From positions 537,024 through 601,023 of the forward strand of contig JBNZDD010013687.1 of assembly GCA_050575255.1 (NCBI GenBank): DNA of 64,000 nucleotides. Reading direction: 5' to 3'. The DNA is from Harriotta raleighana (taxonomy: Eukaryota). Shown here one piece after another: positions 1 through 13,172 of this stretch (its first letter is position 1; every line of letters starts with the position of its first letter). The notes beneath the pieces are model-generated. The model saw nothing but the letters and a program-made list of their open reading frames with translations, did not search any database and was not told the DNA's origin. The position numbers were made by a program, and so were the translations under genes.

Positions 1-14
1 AAAGCAACAGTCAG

Positions 15-350
15 ACGAGCTAGGACTCTTCAGTCTGGAGAGAAGATATCTCAGAGGGAACTTTGTAGATGTGTATATGACTTATTTCTGCATTTATTAA
101 AAGATAGTTTGGCTATGAATCAAATGGAAGAGATAGTCCATTTCAGATTACAGTACTTTGAACTGGTAATTAATTTAGATCATATTTTACAAGAATCGTG
201 TAGAGGTAGAAAACAACCAGTTTCAGAAACGAAAAGTTATGTTTTTGCTCAAGTTTAAGCCACTTCATGTCTTCAAAGACTGATTCAAATATTAATTGAG
301 TGTGGAATACCAACCTGCATGGTTGAGTTTGGACAGTTTAATGATTTCCC
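15..350 (+). mobile_element. Old, degraded CR1 LINE 3' fragment
   Basis: GAGCTAGGACTCTTCAGTCTGGAGAGAAGATATCTCAGAGGGAAC resembles the CR1 ORF2 C-terminal LGLFSLEKRRLRGDL-coding motif seen in the younger copy near 61255-61300. The rest is heavily decayed. Confidence 0.55.
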
Positions 351-1591
351 AATGTCAGACACAGTGATGAATGAATCTTGTTTCTGGTCTCTCCAAGGCT
401 AAATTGGATAAGAACACTACTTGTGGTGTGTAGCTGAGGGATGATTGGTGACTGGCTAAGCTATCTGTGCTATCCTTTTGAACACAGGAAATGCATGGCC
501 TACTGGAGATTAGAGCGGAGAAAAAGGAGGGTTGATTAAGCATACAAAGCTGACGTAAAATCCTTCAGACAGACTACTGCACACAAATTCTTAACATTCC
601 TATATTCCTCATGAATAAGTCATCGTGACTTAACTGAAACTTTTTTGAAGATTTTTGCATGTCTTATAACCAGTTACAGCTATCCTTTGTCCTGGGTTCC
701 CATATCTAGTATTGGCAATAAATTGGAGGCTGAAGAGCAATTTTCCTCCCCACCACCTCACCAACCTAACACTAACTAGTTTTATATTGGATTTTTTAAA
801 ATCCTTTTTTTGTGATTAAAGTTTATTTCACACAATCAGTTAAGACCAGTTTACTCCTCAACGCACTGTATGTTTAATCAGATAATCCTAGAGTGCATAA
901 CGTGAGCATTTATTTTAACTATGTACACAATGTATTTTTAAAAAAAAGAAAGAACATTAGCTAAATTACATCATATTAGAATTTTATCAGGACCTCCCAA
1001 AGAAATATCAGTTTTAATTGTGAAACATTGTTTGCAGAGTCTGAATCAAGTTCATTGGGAAATGTAATTCTAAGCAGTTTTCCTTTATTCCAGGAATTTT
1101 TAAACGTACATGTTGTCTGTATTTTTGCCCAAATATGGAGCAGAATTTGAATTTCTAAAAATGAAAATGAAAAGAAAGCTGAACAAACTGTGGTCTGAAT
1201 CTGGGGATGTCTCGGGGTTTCTGAGTCATTGTTGGAACCTCTATTTTGTTATGAGCATGGAATCTCTGCTCTGTTATGAGTAATCTCTCAGCAATCATTA
1301 AACCTTAAAGAATGTTTTTAATATTCCACTACAGCTTGTTTTCCCCCTGTGATGGTAATAAAATATCTACTTGCAGGAAGTTGAACTGAACCACAAAGTG
1401 AAGCATAGACTCGCACCAGAAAGATATGCAGTCCAAGTGCTTTTAAAAGGTTCACATCCTAAAGGAACAATCTTGTTGCATAAGATCCAAAAATTGAATG
1501 TTAATTTCCAAGTTTTTTTTTTAAAGCACAGTCACTTTAGGAGATTATATTATGTTGATCTTATTTCAGCTGAATTATAAATTTCTTTCTG

Positions 1592-1955
1592 CAGCTGACT
1601 TGATGGCCTATTGAATCCGCTTTTGCTTTTGAAAACACCTCCGAATCTCGAGGTTTTAATGTAATTATGTGCAGCAACAATTAAAAAAAAAAAGGATTGG
1701 CAGATTGAGAAGCTATCAGGTCTGAGTTACAAGCACCCATTTTGCACCCATTAAGAGTTAAAAGGTGAATTTGNCAGCTGACTTGATGGCCTATTGAATC
1801 CGCTTTTGCTTTTGAAAACACCTCAGAATCTCGAGGTTTTAATGTAATTATGTGCAGCAACAATTTTAAAAAAAAGGATTGGCAGATTGAGAAGCTATCA
1901 GGTCTGAGTTACAAGCATCCATTTTGCACCCATTAAGAGTTAAAAGGTGAATTTG
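1592..1955. other. Probable assembly artefact: about 182-bp sequence duplicated on either side of a single N (1774)
   Basis: 1592-1773 and 1775-1955 are near-identical (CTCCGAATC vs CTCAGAATC, GCACCCAT vs GCATCCAT, different T/A run) and abut a lone N. This is typical of unmerged heterozygous contig ends. Confidence 0.85.
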
Positions 1956-2637
1956 TTTCTAAATCCTATGAATTATAAATACTGTATTTATTTTTCTCCC
2001 CCAATTGGTTATGGGGTCAAGTTTCATTCCTGATTTGCTGATCTTGTGTTTGACCAACTATCTTGGTGTCTTCCTTGATCCTTGGGTTGAAGAGGATAAT
2101 ATTTATCCACTCATGTTTGCTATCTCAGGAGCCCTCACTGGAAACAAATGTGAGCAGAATAGCTGAGCGTAGCTGCGTTAGTATTGGGTTCAACCTCAGT
2201 GCTACCCAAAATCACCTAGATTTTCCTGACTCTTTGTCCAGGTTCCCACAAAAAGAATGGTCACTTTGGCGAGAGGGCTGAAGACTGTTGATGCCTGAAC
2301 ACTAGCTTGAGTCAACACCTTCAGTGTACGGTTGGTAAGAGGAGAAAATTTCAAATACTTTGAAAATGAAAGCTTTGAAAAGCATTTGCCATACATCTAA
2401 AAGCTTTACAGTAGCTTCATTTTCTTTGATCTCAACAAGCCTGATATCATCTTACATGGAACTGCTCTCTTGTGAGTGTTTATAACTAGCAATGAGAACT
2501 AATGTTGTGCCTTGATGTGTGTATCATTTTGCTTTACTGTGTTGGCACTTTCATCATGACTTGCGCCTTTGTTCACTACCTCTGCGACCCTGTTGTTTTG
2601 CACCATTCATGGCTTGGCTTCTTCTCTGCGATCACAT

Positions 2638-2673
2638 TTCTCTCTCTCTCTCTCTCTCTCACTCACACACACA
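2638..2673. repeat. Compound (CT)n(CA)n microsatellite
   Basis: TCTCTCTC...ACACACAC seen directly. Confidence 0.9.
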
Positions 2674-3064
2674 TTATGAACCCATGATCAAAGCACTCTG
2701 AGTAATGAAAACACTGTACCTCCCTTGTTGTTTGCGTGGCTTCAGCATATTAGTATTATCACAGACCACTTCCCAACATTGTCATTACCTTATGTACTTG
2801 TGAGTATAGGATTTCAGAATTCTGACAGGATTTTCCAGCGATCACTCAATAGCACTTAGAGCAAAGCAAGTCATGAAGTATAGGTGGGCACATCTGTTAA
2901 CCCATCCACAATACTAGGATTCTGAAATGGCTCCGAATTAGAGCTTTTTAATGCAGTGAAATTAGACACCGCAGCTTTAAGGAAAACTCAATGTTTCACT
3001 TTCCATATCTATCAAATGAATATGGAAGATCGATATCTCCTGAGCATGTTTTTAGAAAAAAAAA

Positions 3065-3272
3065 ACTCTTTTGGAATAGCATCATAGGATTTTTAGTGGG
3101 TATGGTTAATCTGCAAAGTCAGGTCCTTAGTTTAACATTTTATTTGAAGGACAATCTTAATAATACAGCACTCCTCCAGTGCTAGATAAAAGATTGTGAG
3201 CTCAGGTTCTGATCTATGGCTTAAACGCTTACCCTATAGACACAGAGGCAAGTCAACTGAGCCAAAATGACT
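3065..3272 (-). mobile_element. Ancient DeuSINE (SacSINE1/AmnSINE-like) 5' half
   Basis: The reverse complement reads AGTCA..GGCTCAGTTG..CTTGCCTCTG (tRNA-like head), then GGAGTGCTGTATT..GTCCTTCAAATAAAATGTTAAACTAAGG. This parallels the Deu-domain motif GGAGTGCTGCACTG..GTCTTTCGGATGAGACGTTAAACCGAGG as I recall it. Confidence 0.55.
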
Positions 3273-4194
3273 GATATATAGATAGAATGGAATTTATTTT
3301 TGTCTGTGGAAGTACTATTTTATTTTTCACAGCCACATGAATACACGAGACACCTACCACAAAGCGGTGTTAAAAACAATCAAAATATGAAAATCCCCAA
3401 ATTGCTCTTTAAATGATGGCTTCACATACGTTTGCCATTTGCTGATGCAAAATTTATAGCATCAAGATCATATTTTAAGGCTTTTCCGTAACGGACATTG
3501 TAAAGGACTAATAATGGTGTAAGAATTGTCTACAGGGAGTTTGGTTTGTCGGAATCGGCCTCCCACAGTAGTCACAATAACTACTCTTTGGGAATCTTTG
3601 GAATGCGCTTCCCTTTTCCATTCCTGTCTTGCAGCACAGTGCGTTCTTTCCACAAATTCTGCAAGCTCTTTCGCCACAGCTATGTTTCCTTTGCCGTGAA
3701 TAGAACTTGAACTTTGGAGTTGCAATTTTGCTTACTTTTCCCTCCTCCTGGAAATTGCTGCAGTTCTGCGTCTGTCCAGATTCTGACGTAAAAGAACCAC
3801 TTGCCAAATGTCTTTGATCACAGAGGATAGCGATCACACAAAGATAATTCTAGAAAATGAGTGACTATGACACATGTTTAGGACTGTTTCCAAACCTGAT
3901 GGTGAGATGACGTTTTATTGCTCAGGAATTTTTGACTTCTGATGCTCGCTATCCACATGTAATAAATGGATGTTTTTTGGCATTACATGCAAAACGAATT
4001 ATTGTTATGGCATCTATATGTGACAGCAGTATGATTGCTATCCATATGGAAGCTGCATGTCATCTTCATTTACAGTAAAAAGCTGCATTTTTAAAAGAAT
4101 CTTCAATCAATCTTTGTTCGTCATTTTTATATTGACAGCATCCATTGTTTTTTTAATTGAGAGGATTTATAACATTGCATATCTGCAGAACAGT

Positions 4195-4415
4195 GAGCTG
4201 CCCCACAGTTGGTGTGAGAGCTTTCCGTTATTCTGTCCCCCAATCTGTGGATCTCCCTCCCTCTGTCCACCTTATTCCCTGTCTGCCTTCAAAACCGTCT
4301 TTAAGACCTAACTCTTTAATTCGAACTTTTGGGCTCCAAAATATTTCTTGTGAAGTACCTGTACATTGAGATGTCCTCCAACATGAAAGGTGCTTTGTAC
4401 TGTATATTGTTGTTG
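4195..4415 (+). mobile_element. Degraded L2 LINE 3' end (family B)
   Basis: AF..S.P.LW..LP-like codons, CCTTCAAAACCGTCTTTAAGACC, then GAGATGTCCTCCAACATGAAAGGTGCT and a (TTG)n tail. Confidence 0.65.
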
Positions 4416-5524
4416 CTTATAATAATTAGGAACCAAGAGCTTGTACATAAACAGCAAAATATTTCTTAATGTATTATCCCTCAGTTAAAATCCAGTTTTG
4501 TATGTGAAATGCACTCAACATCTGTCTTGAATATAAAATTTTATTTCTCTTTAAGTTCTTATGAGTTTGGCATTGAACCATTGCCTCCACAAATTCTGTA
4601 TTCCACTATAAATGTTTCAGCTTAACCTAGGTTCATGACTATTGTTTACACATAGTTTCCATATAATGTAGCATCATAAATCCCACCTTTATATTGATGT
4701 ATTTTAAAGTGACAAAAAGTAGCTGAAAGGTTACATTTCCAGGTTGTTTTTTCAAATTTTGAAATATAATTTGAGGGTTTTCTACAAGGGGGAAAAAGAA
4801 ACATATTTGGTTTTGTAATGTGCTGCTGTCTTTCTGTGATCTGGGAAATCTGGACACAAAATGAGGTTGAAAAAGTACCTGCGATGTTGAATAACAAGTT
4901 GCATTCCTCAATGGTTCAGCAATGTCTTTTGACAAACTGTACTTTGTTTGACTGCAGTGCTATCAGTGACTAGCCTCTCGTTTGGGTACAATACAGCTTC
5001 TGTCCAAGGGATTTGAAGTGAAAAGGTGCTGGTCAGCACAAGTCTAAAGAGTGCAGAAGAACAGACATATTAATTTATATGTGAGGCAACAGTTTATTAT
5101 AAAATATTAGACCTAATGAGCATGTTTTCTAAAAAGTTGCCAATGTTTAGTATAATTGGCTGTATGAGTTATAATTAAAGCTTTTAGTTTTTTAAACTCG
5201 TCAGCACTAAATATTTTTTCAACCAAACTGAATGGTTGAAATGCAGAAGTTTGCATATTTATAAGGAAAGGTTTGAAACTCTCTGTCACTAACCTTTCAC
5301 ATTTCTGGAGGTGTTCTATTCAGAATCTTATTGGTGAACAACTTAACCTCTTAATGTGGAATATTACACAGTACTAAGTGGAAGTTTGATCACTTATTCT
5401 GTATGTGTGCGTGTAAATAAATAGCGTTTATTGTGTAAGTATGCTAATATGAATTCTGATTCTGCTAATGTTCCCACTCTTCACTTTGAAGTGCTTTGAG
5501 AGGACAACAAGAATTTTCAGTAGT

Positions 5525-5710
5525 GAGCTATGAGCAAATGCTAGACAAGCTAGGGTTCTTCTGCCTTGAGAGAGTATGGCTTACAGAGATGTATAATTTT
5601 TTTAATTGAATGATCAATTTGATCTGCAGGTCAATTTCAGGAGAATGTTAGGGTGGGTATGAGATCAAATAGGCTGAAGGACCTTCTTCTGCCAACTTAA
5701 TCTTGTGATA
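5525..5710 (+). mobile_element. Degraded, internally deleted CR1 3' fragment
   Basis: GAGCTATGAGCAAATGCTAGACAAGCTAGGG (SYEERLDKLG-like) and tail motif ATAGGCTGAAGGACCTTCTTCTG. Confidence 0.5.
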
Positions 5711-7155
5711 TTTTACTAGCATCAGTTTCATCCTTATTGAATATACACTTTCCATTGCCTTGATATCCTTCCTGTGTTGTATAGCTTTTTTAAAACAAAA
5801 AATTAAACCTAACATCCCTTTGGCTTTTTAATAAGCACAGCTCTTGTCAAAAGGCCCTGCAAATATTGCAGTTTTGATCACTAGTAACAGCTAAGACTTA
5901 TTTAAGCAAGTGTGGTTTAGAATACTTTATCCTTGTCTTTAAGCCCATTTTTGTCCATGGATTGGAAGTATGACTCTAGGAGTTGTGCTTGTTGGTAAGC
6001 AGTCTGTTACTTTGCTACCCAATAAATGTATTTGTTTATTTTTTTTTATCAGTCGGGTGTCTGCACAATTCCATCAGCATGCACATCCATTCAGTAACTA
6101 AAACTTGGAGCAGGCACTAACCAGTGTAAAATTCCTGATTTGGACCAAACTAGGAACCACAATCTCAATTTTTTGGGTGAGTCTACATAACAAAATGGCT
6201 AGTTTGCCTTTTATGAGTCAGACAACCACCCAGTGGCGATCTTGTCTCAGATAGCATGCTACTGTTCTGACTGACTTCCTGGCAACGGTAGAGTGAAATA
6301 TGCATTCATGCCAATTGCAAAAATCACGCACAAAGTATTTTGTATTGATGGCTGAGAAGATTGATGCTTCCTTCCACGAAAATACTCATGTAGCATTTTA
6401 CATTTTTCTTGGGTGAATAGTAGAACAATTAAAAGTGTTGAGAAATGTTTATACAATTGGCTTCAAAGACTTGTAAAAGTGACAATCAGTTTATGTTCCC
6501 AATTGTGTTCTGATGATTTTCCCCCTCTGGTTGGTGCCGGATGAGGTCAAGATTGGATTTGGCTGCCACTTTGTGTCCTTTCACCACGATTATATTGTTT
6601 GCTAATCTGTGAAACTGGGCATTGGTAGACGTCAGAGAGTAGAGCATTTCATTTTTCACTCCACACTGGATTCAGGAGCAAGTTCCAGAGTTGAAAAGAT
6701 GCACTAACTTTGTGTCGAACATTGCACCAAGCTATCTGCAGCATTCTCTCAGCAAGTCCTTTGTCTGCACAGGAGGTGGAAGACAATTCTCAAACCAATA
6801 CACAAGGTGAACTTCCCTGAGATCAGGATGGAGAGTACCTATGCACCCTTTTAGCTATGTTAGAACATGTACAGTAGTTGAAGATCTAAGAGATTTTTCT
6901 GAATAAGTTTTTTTTAATGAATTTTGCTTTAAACCAACTGTTCAAAGGATGTTGGAATTCAGAGGAGCTGGAATTGTATTCTGACATTATCTTGCATCAT
7001 AACAATTTGAGATTATTTGATGAAATGCTGTTAAGTATTAACCTATAGAACTGACTTTCTGTACCTATACTCCTAAGTGGGATCGTATATATTTAGGGTG
7101 TTCAGAAAAGTGATCAAGTGCATGTTTCAGTGATTGCATGCCAAACCATCAGAAT

Positions 7156-7248
7156 AGTCAATTCACTTTACAGTATATTCTGTGAAGCGCTTTGAGACGT
7201 TCGATAAAATGTGGAAAGCGCTATATGAAATGCAAAGATTATTATTAT
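7156..7248 (+). mobile_element. tRNA-SINE 3' fragment
   Basis: AGTCAATTCACTTTACAGTATATTCTGTGAAGCGCTTTGAGACG...AAAGCGCTATATGAAATGCAAAG(ATT)n matches the 3' end of the full copy at 61521-61828. Confidence 0.9.
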
Positions 7249-8074
7249 TTTTACAGGCTATCGTATATGAATCTATAGTTTTTACCATGCAAAGATTGCA
7301 CAAAGCAACCAATTATCACTTCATGGTTTGAAATCTGCTTCAATACAGTATTATTGTTTAAACCTTGCATGCTTATATTTTGAATTATGAGTTAACCATT
7401 TTCTCGTTGCTTCATTGCAATCGGAGATCATGCCTGTTTGGGAAACTGGTTGTTATTCAGTCAGTCATTCCTTAGATCTGAGGGTACATATATTTGTGCC
7501 AAACACATGTAATTCTTTCCCAGAGATAGCCAGTGAGACTTTTATTCTTTCTTGATCTAATTGCGTGCAGATGAATATATTTTGAATTGTCTGGGTGCGT
7601 CAAACCAGCTGTCAAGAGTTTGAATACTTGTGTCTGTAACTTGGTCCAATTTCTTTTGTTTCTTCTGCTTGGTTTCACAAAGTTCAGGGTAAAGTTATTG
7701 ATGGAAACAATTTTTGGCTTATCTACATATATATTAAAAAGAAGGTTACTTATGCTTCTGATTAATTTTGTCAGTTACCTCATCTATTGGAGGCCATCTG
7801 AAAATCATCCGAAGATTGAGAATGTTGTGTATAGGAGCCTACATTGATAAATACAATAAATCAGTGCACATTTGGACATGCAATTCAGGTAACACAAGTA
7901 TCTGCAGTTTCATATATTTGTTCCAAATTATTGTATCCGATTAGTTGAAGTAGACTTGCCTTTAATTTCAAATCAACCTACGACAGAGAGCAACCATGGA
8001 GGTTAATGTAATTTGAGTCAGTGGTGTCCAGATGCTGGGAAGACCCAAATAAGATGGTATCAGTATGATGTGAA

Positions 8075-8305
8075 AATACTCTAAAGTGAATTGACTGTAT
8101 ATTTGTGTGTGAAATTTGACAGCCAATTGTACACAGCAGTGTCCCACAAACAGTCGTGGACTAAGTGACCAAATTATTATTGTTTTTTTTCTTGAGAGAT
8201 TATTATCAGGCATGTAAAGTAAAGAAACTTTACACCTTGCCTGAATTCGAACCCAGGTTTCTCACTTGCAAGCCAAGTGCTCTAACCACTGAGCTACAGG
8301 ACTCC
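8075..8305 (-). mobile_element. tRNA-derived SINE, 3' tail missing
   Basis: The reverse complement starts GGAGTCCTGTAGCTCAGTGGTTAGAGCAC (A box) ... GGGTTCGAATTC (B box). The body matches the 26503, 47757 and 61521 copies. Confidence 0.9.
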
Positions 8306-9234
8306 ACAGTGTACTCCACAGTAAACACAATAATGTTTAAGAGAATTCAAGGCATTTTAAGGGAGATAACATAGTATGAAAGAAATGGAATTGCAGCTGA
8401 TGTTCCGATTAACAATTTGTATTTATATAACAATCTTCCAAGTGTGCTAGCGCCTCAGAGCACTTAAGATCACAGCCAGCACGACAGAACAAAAGCCCTT
8501 CTGTGTTATAATTTCTGCAACTTGATGCCAAGACAATTAGATTAGCCACTGGAAAAATTTTGCTTCAAGAAAATTTGTGATTATCAAGGAAAATAGCCCG
8601 AGTCCCACCAAGACAAATTGCATCATGCTAAGAGTGCAGAGTAATGATACTTCAATCACAGTATGATCGGTGTGTTTCCTATTGTGCAGAAAAGTAATTT
8701 TTCACAAAATTGGCCACTTTGCCTCACCCCAATTAAAAGGCGCTTTGTAATTTTGTGTTGTATCTAAGATCAATCTTCACACAGTGGTGAACTCCATCCA
8801 ATCTTTTCACGCCAGCCGGTGTTTGATGTAAAGAAAAATCACCATGCTTAGGAGTATGCGAACCAGATTGAGTTCAACATGTGCATTACTGCCTTTGGCG
8901 TAGAAATATACCAGTTATACAAGATGGCACCCAAAATTAATTTCCCAATATGGGCCCAGATTCAATCCCTGGCTTTTGCAGTTAGTTCAGCCCAAATTGG
9001 CAACTGAAGAGTGACAATTTCTCTTCACCCGCAAAACAAATGTCTATGCAGAGTTCAAACTCACCATCCTGTATATCCAACTGAACAATTGCATTTCGAT
9101 GGAATGGCAACAATCTAAGCACCTAAGTAAGATTAAAATCTGTGTTACAACTAAGAAATTGCATTCCAACACAAAAGGTGTTTTTAAAGTTACATTTAAC
9201 CCATCAAACTTATTTGTTATGAAAATTTAAGGGT

Positions 9235-9320
9235 AACTCTGTAAAGTGAATCGTCTAAATTTTGTGAGCAAAGTGCGGCAGCTAATTGTGCACAATAGTA
9301 TTGTCCACAAACAATTGTTG
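9235..9320 (-). mobile_element. SINE body fragment
   Basis: CTGTAAAGTGAAT..TTTGTG..GCGGCAGCTAATTGTGCACA..CCACAAACA matches the SINE body. Confidence 0.7.
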
Positions 9321-12239
9321 ATTAGAGGTGTGTAAAATGTTAAATTGAATCCAAAACGAAAGCCCAGCATCTCATGTTAAGACCATTCAAGGAGATATAC
9401 TGTACAATGATGATCAAAAGTGTTGTCCGCATGTCCTTCAGCCCATTAGTTTTCAGGTTTCCTTAATTGCTGTACGGTATTTGCATTCTTTATTCCATTA
9501 AGTACTTTCTCTAGAAAGTTCCCCTGAAGCAACTATTTTAAAGACTGAAGAAGCTCTATCTTATCTAATCACTCTACTTAGCACTTGGGTTCATGGACTT
9601 GCTCCTCTGTAAAAGCTTCATGGACTTGTATTTGTAGATCAAGCGTAATTAGTGCCAACAAAATTTAATTTTTTTTCATATAAAGGTGCTGCATAGTGAG
9701 CATATTAATTTCATGTAACAGCATTTTAATTTATATTGTATTTTGATTTCATAGTGTAGCATTTTAATCCTGATTGAATGTTAATGTTTGGTTGCTCTCT
9801 TGAGACATACATTAGGCTAAATTCCCTAAACAAATATGATTATAAACTGGCCATTGAAATCCCATTGAAAGTAATGGACATTCTGGAAGCCATTAGAATA
9901 AAAGGCTACTGTTTTGCCAATTCCTGCATTCAAGACAGACTGTGCAAAAGGTGTGTCCTTTCCACATTGTGCACCGTTTTCAGGTATAAAATTGCATGTG
10001 CTGTTTTCTCAGTACCGTATATAGAAGCAGAAACTTTTGTTTCATGCTCTGGTGTGATGGTTTGATGACATTGGGCTTTAAATCCACCATTTCCTTCCAC
10101 ATCCCGATTGTGGGATAGCACAAAATTGGAAGTATTTTTACATGTAGTCTATTTTGCGGGGATGGGAACAGAATGTACAGTATGCCACATTGCATTCCTT
10201 TGCATTTATACTGCATTCGTCAATTTCCTAAATGCTGCAGTTTGCACACATTTATTGCTGTTTAACAAATAGTTAGGTACTAATGTTGAAACCAGCTCCC
10301 AGTGAGCAGATTTATTTTATTAGTTTGTGCAGACAGCTGGCAACGGATCTTTGTACTTTTCTGAACTTATTTTTATACAGGTCTCACTTGTTATTCAGGT
10401 CTCTATTTATTTGAGAAAAAGGCAACTGTCTACATATCTAATAAAACTGAGTAATAAAAGTGCCCATTTTGGATACATCGTGTACTTGTTCAGTTATTTT
10501 CAGATGTATTTAGATTGTGTATAAAATGTGTATCAAATGTATATTGCATTGGATAAAGTTCTGGGGTGATTCTTTGACTGGGGAGAAGTAATCCATTCCA
10601 TTATAAATCCCTCCACATCATTGCCAAACTCCAAAGGGGTATCAAATACAAGTGGTGAGGTTGGCCCTGCTTGAAATGTAATCATCTGAAAAATTAGAGT
10701 TGAGCAAAGTAGCCAAATTGATCATCTGGCCTTTGATCGTCTTCCAGTAAAGGAAAAGAAAAAGAGGGGAAAACATGTTCCATTTGAGCTGCAGTTGATG
10801 GGGATGACCGAAAGGCCAGGAATTCCTGAGATAAAGCCATGGAAATGTCTGCTCTGATCTCTTGTGGTACTGTGGATTCCATCTTCAACATCCACTGGGG
10901 TTGATGGATCAGAATAATACATTGATTGTACCACAGGAAATAGACTTGTGGACAAAAGTAAATGTGGCAGATGCCAGAAACAAATGTTCTCCAGAATGTG
11001 AGTACTGAGGAACGTTGCAGGAAAATGTTGTGGAGATGAGATAATCTGGGACATGGAGTTATTCAGTGCCCTTTGTTGGAACCAGATACCTGCTGTGCTC
11101 AATATGCTCTCCTTTACCATCACACACTGCTTTAGTTATTGCTTCAAGACAATTTATGGTATGGTGTACCTCTTTCGAAATGGGTAATTGTGAGAACAAC
11201 ATGTTTGAAATGGTCACAATCTTCTCTGAAGTAGCACTGTTTTGTGGGTGCTAGGATGCAGCGTATTTTACAAAATACCTCCTAGAGCTTCACAAAGAAT
11301 TGCAGAGCAAACTGGGATAGTGGAGGAGTTTACGACATTGACCAACGGCAGTCAAACAGATAGACGTAATATGTTATTTGGCACCAGAGGTACTGAGGGG
11401 TGACTGAGCAAAGGTAACTTATTGATGCGATTGATACCCGATGCATTAAAGAACTTTTAATTGTGAATAAGTATCAGGTGACATGTCATTAGTTTGATCC
11501 AAGCCTTGGCTAGGAAGAAGTCTATTACTGCATTTCTGTGCTATAAAGAATTTTCTTTTGTGTTGTGCAATAGGTAGCATTGTGGCAAAGCTGCACAGCT
11601 TCTCTGCTTATTTTTCTAAGCTTAGAATTGATGACGCTAATTATCCGAGTAATTTTTGGAAAAATCACAACTGTACCTTTTAATATCGGAAAAGCACGTG
11701 CTTCACTTTGTGTCTCTGGTGTTCACCATGCAACTATTAATCATTTTGCCATTCTGCTGTGTGCTGGGATACTCAAGGTTATTCCATGATTTTTATGATT
11801 AAGTGGCTTTGGGCAACTTGAGTTCAGAAGAATCAAATCCAAGTACAGATGATCTTTTAAAATATTTCCAATTAATCCTTCCAATAATTAGATGTAATAA
11901 TAGTTCGCAAAAATACAATTGAGGCCATCGTGTATTTTCCTTGGTCTATGAGTAATTTATCATTCATTTTCCATATGCTATAAACTCACTATTTAATACA
12001 AGATTAACCACTTCTGATGAATGGTGATGAGGGACATTGAATAAAATATTAAATTTGCTCAAATCCAGTTGCCAAGAATGGGGAGAAGGTTCTGAATGCC
12101 AAGTATTGTATCAAGGTTTACTGATGTGTGAGCCAAAGAACTTTTAAAGTTCACAACAAATGTATCATGAAATCCAGTTCGTGAGGAGATTTCTTGGGTC
12201 GAACTCTGGCAAGGACCAACAAATCTATTGCAGCATTCT

Positions 12240-12550
12240 AAAGTTCTGGAGAATGTTCAGAGAAGAGAAGCCACAATAATTATTGGACTTGGAGCTTCTT
12301 CTTGTAAAGAGAGGCTTACATTTTTCCACTGGGACAAAGAGGATTGAGATGTGATTTGATCAGGAGCAAATGAGATGTTGTTTGACTTAGACTGCTCTAG
12401 TTTTGCTTTGCAGGTCTAATTTTAAAATGGAAAAAAGCCTTACGCAAACCTAGAAATGTTCAATCTAGTGGATATGTGGAACAAACTCAACAAAAATGTA
12501 ATTGGGAATGGTAGATTTGTGATAATTTAAAAGAGCAGTACATAAATGCA
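12240..12550 (+). mobile_element. Old CR1 ORF2 C-terminal fragment
   Basis: CTGGAGAATGTTCAGAGAAGAG (LENVQRR), GAGAGGCTT, AGAGGATTGAGATGTGATTTGATC (RRLR.DLI) and TGTGGAACAAACTC (WNKL). Confidence 0.6.
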
Positions 12551-12573
12551 GTCATTACAAAACTATCAATGAT

Positions 12574-13172
12574 ACAACAATAACAACAACTTTGATTTAT
12601 ACAGCCCCTCCACACTGGACAGCGTCTCTGGGCGCTTCACAATAACGGATCCCGGGACCGAGCCAGGGGCAGGGATAGAAAGGTGACCGAAGGCACGGTC
12701 GAAGAGAAAGGTCTTTAGCCAAGACCTGAAACTGGGAAGAGAGGGGGTGAGGCAAAGGGAGTGAGGAAGGGAGTTCCAGAGCTTCAGGGCGTAGTGGCTG
12801 AAGCAAGGTTGCCAATGGTGGAGCAGAGGATTTGGGGGACAAGGAGGAGCCTAGATCCGGTGGAGTGAAGGGAACGGTTGCTGTTTTGAGGAGAGAGGTC
12901 GGAGAGGAAGGGGGTGCAGAGGAATGGAGGGATTTGAAAACAAGGGTGAGGATCTTGAAATCGATTCTCTCCGGGACAGGACAATGAAGTCTGGCAAGAA
13001 CTGGGGTAATAGGGGAGCGAAGTTTTGTGTGGGTGAGAATGCGGGCGGCAGAGTTTTGTATGAGTTGTATTTTATAGATTGTGGTGTAGGGGAGACCGTC
13101 GAGGAGGGCATTGGAATAGTCCAGCCGAGAGGTGACAAGGCATGGACCAGGGTTTCATTGGCTTTTGGGGTC
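12574..13172 (-). mobile_element. L2-clade LINE, 5'-truncated (family A), ORF2 C-terminus plus 3' tail
   Basis: The minus strand encodes [64 protein letters not shown], a typical L2 C-terminal signature with small frameshifts. It ends in a stem-loop plus (TTG)n. Confidence 0.9.

Noticed and set aside
1592-1955. Apparent 182-bp tandem duplication
   Set aside because: The copies join exactly at a single N and differ like alleles, so this is most likely an unmerged contig overlap rather than biology.
9590-9628. 12-bp direct repeat TTCATGGACTTG around a 15-bp spacer (similar small duplications near 8301 and 15870)
   Set aside because: These are ordinary local slippage or repair duplications with no further structure.
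10722-11123. 133-aa ORF and the many other 60-140 aa ORFs in the track
   Set aside because: They have no recognisable domains, their composition is typical of translated non-coding DNA, and they form no consistent exon chain.
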